A DNA stretch of 41,785 nucleotides from a virus (taxonomy: Duplodnaviria > Caudoviricetes), in the IMG/VR virus record IMGVR_UViG_3300011422_000004, positions 1 through 41,785 of that record, one strand, 5' to 3'. The stretch's first letter is position 1. Each line of letters begins with the position of its first letter. Shown piece after piece: positions 24,872 to 32,765 of this stretch. Below the pieces are notes generated by a model. It ran no database searches and was not told the DNA's origin. It saw only the letters and a program-made list of their open reading frames with translations. Position numbers and translations under genes: made by a program.

Positions 24872-26326
24872 ATGCCACGCACGACACGGCGCCTCACCAT
24901 CCAGACCGCCCTCACCGTTCCCCCCGCGCGTCTCACCCTGAACAACCGAGAATACCTCACTGCCCCCGCTGTGCTGATTGTGGAAGGCGTGTTGAACGGA
25001 TCATACATTCCCGGCAGCGAACTCGTTGCGCCTGACTGGAACAACGTCCCCGTCGTTATCAATCATCCGCTCGATGCGCAGGGCGTGCCTATGAGCGCGC
25101 GTACCCCCGAGGTCCTCGCCGCCTCCGGCGTCGGGCATCTCTACCATGCCCGGTTGGGCACGGGGCAGCGCCAGGGGCATACGGTCACCAGCTTGCAAGC
25201 CGAACTCTGGCTCGATGTGGCCCAGGTGCAGACGGTCGGCGGCGAAGCGGTGCAGGCCATGACGATGCTCGAAGCGCAGACGCCCCTCGAGCTCTCCACC
25301 GGCTTTTACTCCTACGCCGAAGAGACCAGCGGCGCCTTCTACGGTGTGCCCTATAGCGAAGTGCATCACGATCTCCGGCCTGATCATCTCGCCCTCTTAC
25401 CAAACGGCATCGGCGCCTGCGACTGGCAGAGCGGCTGCGGTTCGCCGCGCCTCAACCAGCAGTGCACCTGCCATCAGGAGACGCCTATGGATCATGCTCA
25501 GGCGCGCGGCTGGCGCGGCTTTGTGCACACCCTCAAAACCTTTGTGCAGCAGGAAGAGGCCGGGAGAGAGCCGGGTCCGCCGGTCGTCTTTGTCAATGGC
25601 TACTACGTGGGCGATGGCACACAGGAGCAGGTCTGTGCGCTGGCGCGGCAACTGCCGACACCCCCTGTGCGCACGAACCAGACCGACGCCGACACCCGCG
25701 AGGCGCTCTACGGTGCCCTGGCGCGGGAGATGGGTATCGATTTCACCCCGATCTTCATAGATGCGGTCGACATGGCCAATCAGACCTTCACGTACCGGCA
25801 GGGCGAGCGCCTCATGCAGCGGTCCTGGACGCTCGAAGATGGCCAGATTGCCCTCACCGACGGCGCGCAGGACGTGCAGCGCCAGACGACGTACGTGCCC
25901 GTCACCCAAGCAAAGGAGGACCCCCCTATGGCCACTGAGGCGGTAAAAACCCGCGTCACAGCGCTCATTACAAACACCGCCACGGCTTGGCAGGAAGCCG
26001 ACCGCCCACAGCTTGAGGCGATGAGCGAAGCGCAACTGGAACGCTTAGAACCCAATACGGACGCGCTCGCGGCACTGCAGGCGCAAGAAACGCGCAAGGC
26101 GGCGGTGATTGCGGCGCTGGTGGCGAACACCTGGTGTCGGCTGAGCGAGTCCACCCTGAAGAGCATGGCGCTCCAGGAGCTGGAGGACCTCACGGCGATG
26201 GGCGCGCAGCAGGACCCCTCCTACGCCGGGCAGGGCTTGCCCGCCAGTCCGCAGCAGACCGAGAAGCTTGAGGACTGGAAGCCCCTCTCCATTCTGACCA
26301 GGCAGGTCGAGGCCAAGAGCGCGTAG
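24872..26326 (+). CDS. Prohead protease/scaffold (DUF2213-like)
   Basis: VEGVLNG...PVVINHP...ELSTG...DHLALLP...GAC; helical C-terminus; precedes capsid genes. Confidence 0.8.
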   Translation: MPRTTRRLTIQTALTVPPARLTLNNREYLTAPAVLIVEGVLNGSYIPGSELVAPDWNNVPVVINHPLDAQGVPMSARTPEVLAASGVGHLYHARLGTGQRQGHTVTSLQAELWLDVAQVQTVGGEAVQAMTMLEAQTPLELSTGFYSYAEETSGAFYGVPYSEVHHDLRPDHLALLPNGIGACDWQSGCGSPRLNQQCTCHQETPMDHAQARGWRGFVHTLKTFVQQEEAGREPGPPVVFVNGYYVGDGTQEQVCALARQLPTPPVRTNQTDADTREALYGALAREMGIDFTPIFIDAVDMANQTFTYRQGERLMQRSWTLEDGQIALTDGAQDVQRQTTYVPVTQAKEDPPMATEAVKTRVTALITNTATAWQEADRPQLEAMSEAQLERLEPNTDALAALQAQETRKAAVIAALVANTWCRLSESTLKSMALQELEDLTAMGAQQDPSYAGQGLPASPQQTEKLEDWKPLSILTRQVEAKSA

Positions 26327-26362
26327 GCTGGCAGTATTCTCTTGCAACGAAAGGGGGTTGGC

Positions 26363-26803
26363 ATGCCCAACCAGCAAATAATGCGTTGGGGGCCGTGTAA
26401 TCAGGCGCACGCGACCGCGCAGGCGCTCATCACGCCTGGGGATCTCATCGAGATGATTGCCACGCCTGGCGCGGACAATGGCAAAGTCCGGCCCCATGGC
26501 ACGGCTGCCGGGCGTGCCGCGCCGCTCTTTGCGGACGGCAACTGGCAGTTTGGGAAGTGCATCGACGACGTGTACCCCATTGGCGACACGGTGTTCACCC
26601 TCGCGCCCAGTCAGGGCGCGCGCATCTTCGCGCGCTGTGCGACGGGCACGGCGATTCCCGTGGGGACGCCCCTGGAATCAGCGGGCAATGGCCTCTTGCG
26701 CGCGGCCACGACGGGACCGATCGTCGCCGAAGCGTGGGAAGCGGAACTCGCGTCGGGTGATCCGTCGCCCGGACGTCTCGTGGTGCGCATCGTCGCGCAA
26801 TAA
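26363..26803 (+). CDS. Capsid decoration/cement protein
   Basis: ITPGDLI...G..LESAGNGLLR; position before the major capsid gene. Confidence 0.7.
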   Translation: MPNQQIMRWGPCNQAHATAQALITPGDLIEMIATPGADNGKVRPHGTAAGRAAPLFADGNWQFGKCIDDVYPIGDTVFTLAPSQGARIFARCATGTAIPVGTPLESAGNGLLRAATTGPIVAEAWEAELASGDPSPGRLVVRIVAQ

Positions 26804-26816
26804 GGAGCCCCTCACT

Positions 26817-27827
26817 ATGCCAGTCGCCCTTGAAACTCAGGCCCTGCGCGGGGGGCCGCTGCCGTCGATGCTCTCGTATGAGGGGATCGCGCGCTTGCGG
26901 CTCGAGGCCATCCAGCAATCCCAGCAGCGCTATCAGCTCCAGACCAATGCCACGACGCTCATGAAGGACCAGTGGTTGCTGATTGACACGCTCCTCTTGC
27001 GCGTCGCGGACCAGTATATGGCGGGTGTCCTCGATCTCACCAGTCGCGGACTCACGCAGACCATTCCGAACCTCGGCGTCGCGGCGTCCATGTACCAGAC
27101 CGTCACGCGGATGGACCCGGCCTTAACCGACATGCGCATGAGCGCGGCTGGCAATAACCAGCGCTTGAGCCTCGCCCCGCATCTGGTCCCCCTGCCCTTT
27201 GCCTACGAAGATTGGGAGTTCGATCTGACGGAAGTGGAAGCGATGCAGCGCAACGGCGGCACGCTCGACACGGCCTATGCCGAAGAGGCCATGCGGAGTG
27301 TGGATGAGAAGTTTGAGGACTGGCTCTTTAATGGCGCCCCCGATCATGTCTATGATGGGCTGACCATTTACGGCTACCGCACGCATCCCCAGCGGATCAC
27401 GGGCTCCGGCGCCACGTGGACCGATCCCGACAATATCTATCCAACCATTCTCGCTATGATCAACGCCCTCATCGGCATCCAGCGTCCTGGGCCCTACGCG
27501 CTGTATATGAACGTCCTCCAGTATGGCCAGATGTTTGCGATGGAAGGGGTGGACCGGGCCTGGAATATGTTTCGGCGTATTCAAGAGTCCTTCCCCCAGA
27601 TCGTCTCGATCAAGCCGATTTACGCCATGCCAGCGGGCCAACTCGTGCTCGTGGAGCTGCAACGTCGCACGATTGATCTGGCGATCAAGATGGACCCGGC
27701 CAATGTGCCCTGGGATATTATGGGCGGCCTGGCGCAACATGTACGGGTCATTGGCTCGATTGTGCCGCGCATCAAAGTGGATGGCAGCGATAAGGTGGGC
27801 GTCGTGCATTATTCGGGTGTCGCATAG
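26817..27827 (+). CDS. Major capsid protein (HK97 fold, encapsulin-like type)
   Basis: RBS AAGGAG; 336 aa; TLMKDQWLLID...LDT...FNG...IYGYRTHP...VPRIK.D....GVVH. Confidence 0.85.
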   Translation: MPVALETQALRGGPLPSMLSYEGIARLRLEAIQQSQQRYQLQTNATTLMKDQWLLIDTLLLRVADQYMAGVLDLTSRGLTQTIPNLGVAASMYQTVTRMDPALTDMRMSAAGNNQRLSLAPHLVPLPFAYEDWEFDLTEVEAMQRNGGTLDTAYAEEAMRSVDEKFEDWLFNGAPDHVYDGLTIYGYRTHPQRITGSGATWTDPDNIYPTILAMINALIGIQRPGPYALYMNVLQYGQMFAMEGVDRAWNMFRRIQESFPQIVSIKPIYAMPAGQLVLVELQRRTIDLAIKMDPANVPWDIMGGLAQHVRVIGSIVPRIKVDGSDKVGVVHYSGVA

Positions 27828-27850
27828 ACGCGCCAGCAGAGGGGAGTCGT

Positions 27851-28090
27851 ATGGCTGAGCAGTATCGTCTCAAAACCGATTTTTCGCGTCTTGAACGCGA
27901 TGAGAAAGATCGACTGCGTGGCAAGCAATACGCCGCGGGCGATCTCATCGAGCCGACCCCGGAAGAACTGCGCGCGTTTCCCGACAAGTTCGAGGCCCTC
28001 ACGGGAACGCCAGCGCCGGCGACACCACCGCCGGTGACACCGCCTGTCGAGCCACCGCCGGAAGAACCGACGCCGCGCAGTCGCCGGTAG
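27851..28090 (+). CDS. Small Pro-rich head-associated protein
   Basis: Y.AGDLIE...FPDKFE plus Pro-rich tail, directly after the capsid gene. Confidence 0.7.
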   Translation: MAEQYRLKTDFSRLERDEKDRLRGKQYAAGDLIEPTPEELRAFPDKFEALTGTPAPATPPPVTPPVEPPPEEPTPRSRR

Positions 28091-28098
28091 GAGGTCCT

Positions 28099-28446
28099 GT
28101 GCCGCCACGCACCACGGTCGAGGAGGTCCGTCTCATTTGTCCCACGTCGGCGACGGATGCGCAGGTGCAGCAGTGTATTGACATGGCGTCCGTCCTGGTG
28201 GACACGTATCTCGTCCCGACCGGGACGGCCGATCCGATGCTCGAGACGATTGAAACGTACCTCGCCGCCGACAACGTGTGTCTCATTGACCCACGCGCCA
28301 CGGACATCGGCGACGGCGATACGCGCGTCTCACTGCAACGGAGCAAGGACGCGCGGCCCTATTACGACCGGGCGGTCGCCCTCGACGCGAGTGGCACGCT
28401 GGCGACGCTGGGCACACGCAAGCGCACGGTGATCAAACTGTACTGA
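28099..28446 (+). CDS. Head-tail adaptor
   Basis: Synteny; IETYLAA...ALDASGTL. Confidence 0.7.
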   Translation: MPPRTTVEEVRLICPTSATDAQVQQCIDMASVLVDTYLVPTGTADPMLETIETYLAADNVCLIDPRATDIGDGDTRVSLQRSKDARPYYDRAVALDASGTLATLGTRKRTVIKLY

Positions 28447-28455
28447 GGTGCTCCT

Positions 28456-28800
28456 ATGCTCTCCCAGACCGCTATGGACGCGCTCGCGGGTCACGCGGTG
28501 CAGATGTATGGCTCCCTCATGGAGCTGCTCACGTACCGCAACCGCCATGCACCGAACGCCACGCCAGTGGTGTACACGGACGTGCCGGCGCGCCTCAAAC
28601 ATTTTCGGGCGAGCGAGATCGACCTGGAGCAGATCCTGCGCAACGATCTCGAATGCCGCATCCAGACGGTGCTCGTCACGTGGGTACCGACGCGCTACGA
28701 CGACTTCGACCGCGCGGACGGCACGACGTGGCAGGTGTTGAACTTCATGGGCGGTCCTGGACACCCCTGGTGGAAGCTCCAGGTAAGGCAGGTAGGTTAA
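28456..28800 (+). CDS. Head closure-like protein
   Basis: Synteny and size; D....DGTTWQV. Confidence 0.6.
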   Translation: MLSQTAMDALAGHAVQMYGSLMELLTYRNRHAPNATPVVYTDVPARLKHFRASEIDLEQILRNDLECRIQTVLVTWVPTRYDDFDRADGTTWQVLNFMGGPGHPWWKLQVRQVG

Positions 28801-28803
28801 GCC

Positions 28804-29304
28804 ATGGCTGAACCGTTCATCACGTACAAGCTGACCGTCCCGAACATCCCCCTCCTGCACGCCGAGCAGAGCCGGGAGATTCTCTTTCGGGAAGCCAGCC
28901 TGGCGGTACGCGCCATCGTCGAAGACGTCGCCAGCGAAGCGCGCCAGCGTACACCCGTGAGTACCGGTGTGCTCCGCGCCTCGATCGCCACGGACATGAC
29001 CACCGGCACCTCGCTCAGCGCCGCGATCCGGGGCACGGTCTTTACGGGGGCCCAGGCACCCTACGCGCCGTATGTGGAAGAGGGGACGGCGCCGCACTGG
29101 GCCCCCATTGGGCCGTTGCTCCTGTGGGCACGGCGGGTGCTGGGGAACGAGCGGGCGGCCTACGCCGTGCAGCGCGCCATCGCCCGGCGGGGCACACGCG
29201 GGCGGCATATGTTTCGGAATGCGATTGCGGCTGTGGCGCCGCGGGCGCAGGGGGTGTTTGCGCAGGCGATGCAGCGCGCGGCGCGGCTGCTCCAGGGGGG
29301 GTAG
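28804..29304 (+). CDS. HK97 gp10-like tail completion protein
   Basis: TPVSTGVLRASI...YAPYVEEGT. Confidence 0.85.
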   Translation: MAEPFITYKLTVPNIPLLHAEQSREILFREASLAVRAIVEDVASEARQRTPVSTGVLRASIATDMTTGTSLSAAIRGTVFTGAQAPYAPYVEEGTAPHWAPIGPLLLWARRVLGNERAAYAVQRAIARRGTRGRHMFRNAIAAVAPRAQGVFAQAMQRAARLLQGG

Positions 29305-29306
29305 AC

Positions 29307-29555
29307 ATGCATCTACGCTGCTTCGTCGGTCTCACACCTGTGCTGGAGATCCTCGCCGAACCGCAAGACATCCCCCGCGTGGGCGAGTCGTGCATCCTGC
29401 CCTTGCCAGCGGGGAGGGAGCGGTTTCGCGTCGAAGGCCTGCTGCGCACGTATGGGTTTGCACGGGCGCTCGCGGGCATTGATCGCCTCGACCTGGAGAC
29501 CGTGCATCTGATGCTCGTGCCAGAAGGGGACGGAAAGCCGTATGCCACTCGCTGA
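29307..29555 (+). CDS. Hypothetical protein
   Basis: ATG 29307 (MHLRCFVG...) fills the gap between tail genes. Confidence 0.55.
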   Translation: MHLRCFVGLTPVLEILAEPQDIPRVGESCILPLPAGRERFRVEGLLRTYGFARALAGIDRLDLETVHLMLVPEGDGKPYATR

Positions 29556-30468
29556 CATCATGACCGCGCTGCTGACACCGCTCCAGGCCATTCCCGACAT
29601 CGGCCACGTCTACCCCTACGACCGCATCGCCCTTGAGCCGACCGCCCTGAACGGCGTCCTGGGGCCGCTGCCCACCCTGCGCTACTGGTGCCTGTCGCGT
29701 GCCGGTACCGCCGAAGTCTGGCGCGGCAATGCGAGCGTCGAGCGGCTGCACCGGCTACGGCTGCGGGGCTACCTGGCGCTGGATGACCCGCAGGCCTCAG
29801 AGCGCGTGTATCAGGACCTGGTGGATGCGGTACTCGACACGTTAGCCAGTGTGGTCACTGTGCCAGGAAGTGCCGAGTACCTCACTGCCCCGACGCTTGA
29901 GAGGCAAGAGCCGCGCCGCCTGTCAGACACGGTCGATGTGCACTTCAGTGAGACGTTCGTGGTAGCGTCCGAGTATCTCACGGTCCCTGCACAGGAGGTC
30001 CCTGACGACACCATTACGACGTATCGCGCTCTGGGCGACTGGCTGACTGCGCAGCTCGCCACCATTCCGCAGATCGGCCTGGTGCATTCCTACGAACGGC
30101 TGACGGTGGAACCGGATCTGGCGTCCGGCGTGTTCGGCGATCCCCAGGCGTTGCGCGCCTGGACGCTGACGCGTGAGAGCGTGCAGCACGAACGCAGCCC
30201 TGGCCTGGAAAGCCGCGGGCAGGCGCGGCTGGTGCTGCGCGGCTTTCTCAGCGTGGACGACCTGCAGGCCTCCGAACTGGTGCTGCAAGGGCTCCTGGAG
30301 GACGTCGCAGCGGTGCTCAGGCCGATGCATACGGTGGGAGCGTTTGACCGCGTGGGGCCACTGCAGATCGAGGAGGTGTCGCACAGCAGGGTTGGAGCCA
30401 CGCACCTCTGTCACTACGCCCAATGCGCGTGGCCGGTGGAAGCATTTGCGCTGGCGCTCAGTGCATGA
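29542..30468 (+). CDS. Tail terminator-like protein with an internally duplicated domain
   Basis: Two halves: IPDIGHVYPYDR...RLRGYLALDDPQASE and IPQIGLVHSYER...VLRGFLSVDDLQASE. Confidence 0.7.
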   Translation: MPLADIMTALLTPLQAIPDIGHVYPYDRIALEPTALNGVLGPLPTLRYWCLSRAGTAEVWRGNASVERLHRLRLRGYLALDDPQASERVYQDLVDAVLDTLASVVTVPGSAEYLTAPTLERQEPRRLSDTVDVHFSETFVVASEYLTVPAQEVPDDTITTYRALGDWLTAQLATIPQIGLVHSYERLTVEPDLASGVFGDPQALRAWTLTRESVQHERSPGLESRGQARLVLRGFLSVDDLQASELVLQGLLEDVAAVLRPMHTVGAFDRVGPLQIEEVSHSRVGATHLCHYAQCAWPVEAFALALSA

Positions 30469-30539
30469 CAGACGATTTCGTCATCATCATCGCGCTGCTC
30501 GGGCTGGTCGGGCTGGCGCTCTACATGGTCTTTCTCTAA
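30465..30539 (+). CDS. 24-aa membrane peptide (not in the ORF track)
   Basis: ATGA overlap; MTDDFVIIIALLGLVGLALYMVFL. Confidence 0.45.
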   Translation: MTDDFVIIIALLGLVGLALYMVFL

Positions 30540-31306
30540 GAGGCTTTCTTCTTTTTGCTGGGCGCGATGGTCAAGAGCAGGGGCTGCACCGGGCACAATG
30601 GTGGGCCGGTATTTTTTCGAGAATTACAGACTCTGCATGCTGCAATCACGTTTGTGAAGGTATGCGAACCACCTTGCGACAAAGGAAGAATGTGATCTTG
30701 TGTGAGCTTGCCTTTGCACCGTATGCCACAGTAGGCACAACAGTGATCCTGAGACGCCTGGATCTCTTGCCATTGGGCAGCGCTCAAATCATTCACAGGT
30801 GCAGCGGCTTTCCGGGCACGGCGACGGCGTCTTATGGCAGCGATGATAAGAGGATTGGCTGCCTGATACATCTTTTTATACGTAAGTATGGCCTCGCGAT
30901 GAGCACGATGGTAGCGGTGTTTCGCCGCAAGTTCTGCGTCGCGATGCGCTACGTAATACGCGCGGTCTCGCAGACGTATGGCCTCTTGGCGTCTTTGTCG
31001 GGCCGCACGCTGTCGCGCGTTTCGTTTCTCTTTATGCAGAGCACAATAGGCGCGGTCGCGTGCCCTGATTTCCTCGTTGCGTCGCACACGATCAGCATGT
31101 TGTTTCGCCTTAAAACGTTCTGGATTAGCAGCATAGGCTGCATTCTGGCTCGCGCGTCTGCGTTCTATGTGTGCGGCATCATACAGACGTCGTTGGGGTT
31201 TATGTGTCGCAGCATAGAGGCGATTCTTCAGACGGATGAGTTCCCGTTTCGCTTCGCGATACGCCGCATGGTAGGCACGATGCGCTTCTGGATCTTTGTA
31301 TGGCAT
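30536..31306 (-). CDS. HNH endonuclease B with ~10 N-terminal 15-aa repeats
   Basis: CAYC...DHILPLSQGGSHTFTNVIAACRVCN; nuclease region 61/86 identical to HNH A by hand alignment. Confidence 0.92.
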   Translation of the reverse strand: MPYKDPEAHRAYHAAYREAKRELIRLKNRLYAATHKPQRRLYDAAHIERRRASQNAAYAANPERFKAKQHADRVRRNEEIRARDRAYCALHKEKRNARQRAARQRRQEAIRLRDRAYYVAHRDAELAAKHRYHRAHREAILTYKKMYQAANPLIIAAIRRRRRARKAAAPVNDLSAAQWQEIQASQDHCCAYCGIRCKGKLTQDHILPLSQGGSHTFTNVIAACRVCNSRKNTGPPLCPVQPLLLTIAPSKKKKAS

Positions 31307-31392
31307 GGCGCTCTCTCCTCAGTAGAGAGTCTCAGGAAGTGGCACGGCAACCCGCTGAGACGGGCTTTCGGGCTGCAGACCCTAGCCGTACC
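31307..31392 (-). ncRNA. Structured leader RNA B (c4-antisense-like)
   Basis: Minus strand: GGUACGGC-UA-GGG UCUGCAG CCC-GAAAG-CCCG UCUCAG CGGG-UU-GCCGUGCC, followed by CUGAGA and CUGAGG (RBS), complementary to the loop; a G-U pair in the outer stem forms only on the minus strand. Confidence 0.72.
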
Positions 31393-31398
31393 GTGTGC

Positions 31399-31407
31399 AG
31401 TATAGCA
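31399..31407 (-). promoter_or_regulatory. Extended -10 promoter for leader RNA/HNH B
   Basis: TGCTATACT. Confidence 0.7.
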
Positions 31408-31422
31408 CAGGACACATAGGAT

Positions 31423-31454
31423 AATTATATCCTAGTTTAAGGGAAACTGCCATG
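31423..31454 (+). promoter_or_regulatory. Conserved cassette-end motif B containing the RBS of the tail-tube gene
   Basis: AATTATATCCTAGTTTAAGGGAAACTGCCATG. Confidence 0.8.
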
Positions 31455-32624
31455 GCCGAACCATCGGTAACAAGTATTGGGTATTTAACCCGAATAGGAA
31501 TAGGTGAAGAGGAAATTTACGGGACGCCCGTCCTCACGACGCAGGTCCTGCCGAGTATCAGCGAGTCGCTCAACGACGTGTACGCGGAAATTCCCGACGA
31601 ATCGTTGCAGGGCTCGCCGGTCTATGGGACACCGGAGCAAGGCAATTTCTCAGCCACAGGCGATATTGTTGTCCCGATGCGCTACGCCAACGAGTGGGTG
31701 CTCCTGAAGCATTTCTTCGGGGCGTTCGCCGCTGGACGCTATGACCTCGTCGATAGTCTGCAAGGCCAGGGACTGACCATCTCCATCGACAAGCAGGTGC
31801 TGGGCGTCTGGGATTATCCCGGCAGCAAAGCCACGCAGATCCAGTGGACGTCGAACGCCGATGGTGTGATCCTCACCACCAGCGTGATCCCTGGCGGCTT
31901 GCAGCTCAACTCGACACTCAATACGCATGCGCACCTCGTCACCCTCCTCCAGGACTCCAGGCGCCTCCTGCATCACCATCTCAAGCTCTGGGTTGGGACG
32001 CAGGATCACGCGCTGACGATCGCCGATGATCTGTGCTGTAGCGAACTGACCCTGACCATGGCCAGGCCCATGGCCATTGACTACACGAACTGTAGTCAAA
32101 ATCCCATGGAGCCCATCGAAAACGCCTTTCTGACCTTTCGCCTGGCGATCACGTTCCCGCGCTTCCGCACTGAGGAAGAGCAAATCATCACCTGGAGGCA
32201 GAACTATACGCAGCTCCAGGCCCAACTCACATACACGCATCCCACGACTGGCCAGACCAAGACGCTGGTGATTCCGAACCTCACGTTCGTCACGGCGACG
32301 GCGCCGACGGCTGGTCCCGGGCCGCGCGTGCTCACGACCGAGGCCTCGATTACACGGGGCGGCGGCGTGACGACCAGCGCGCAGATCGCCATTGCGTCGA
32401 ATGTGCTGACCATCACGGCCGGCACCTTTCCCCGGGTGGAACCGGGCTCCCAGGTCACCATCAGCGGCGCGACGACGCCGGCCAACAACGGGACGTTCGA
32501 AGCCACAGCCTGGACGCCCACGTCCATCACGCTGAAGACGCCGCCGGCGCTGACGGACGAGGCGGCGGGGGCGACGATGACGGTAGCAACAGAGAATCCA
32601 GTAATATATCTTTTGGAAACATAA
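31452..32624 (+). CDS. Tail tube/major tail protein 1 with C-terminal beta-rich accessory domain
   Basis: IGIGEEEIYGTPV...SISESL...TISIDKQV...YPGSK; position between terminator and chaperone. Confidence 0.75.
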   Translation: MAEPSVTSIGYLTRIGIGEEEIYGTPVLTTQVLPSISESLNDVYAEIPDESLQGSPVYGTPEQGNFSATGDIVVPMRYANEWVLLKHFFGAFAAGRYDLVDSLQGQGLTISIDKQVLGVWDYPGSKATQIQWTSNADGVILTTSVIPGGLQLNSTLNTHAHLVTLLQDSRRLLHHHLKLWVGTQDHALTIADDLCCSELTLTMARPMAIDYTNCSQNPMEPIENAFLTFRLAITFPRFRTEEEQIITWRQNYTQLQAQLTYTHPTTGQTKTLVIPNLTFVTATAPTAGPGPRVLTTEASITRGGGVTTSAQIAIASNVLTITAGTFPRVEPGSQVTISGATTPANNGTFEATAWTPTSITLKTPPALTDEAAGATMTVATENPVIYLLET

Positions 32625-32636
32625 AAGGAGATCCCC

Positions 32637-32762
32637 ATGTCCGAAGAGCCGACGCCCAGCCCACAACCGACCCCAGCGCCGCAGCCTCACCCTGTGCCGG
32701 AGCCCGCACCGACCCCGCATCCCGCGCCGGAGCCGGAGCCGCATCCGCAACCGAGCACATAG
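32637..32762 (+). CDS. 41-aa (Pro-X)18 peptide (not in the ORF track)
   Basis: RBS AAGGAG; MSEEPTPSPQPTPAPQPHPVPEPAPTPHPAPEPEPHPQPST. Confidence 0.6.
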   Translation: MSEEPTPSPQPTPAPQPHPVPEPAPTPHPAPEPEPHPQPST

Positions 32763-32765
32763 TCC

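Noticed and set aside
32760-32762. Genome-wide TAG stop reassignment
   Set aside because: Many well-supported genes (portal, capsid, fibre, vapC) end at TAG at the expected length under the standard code.
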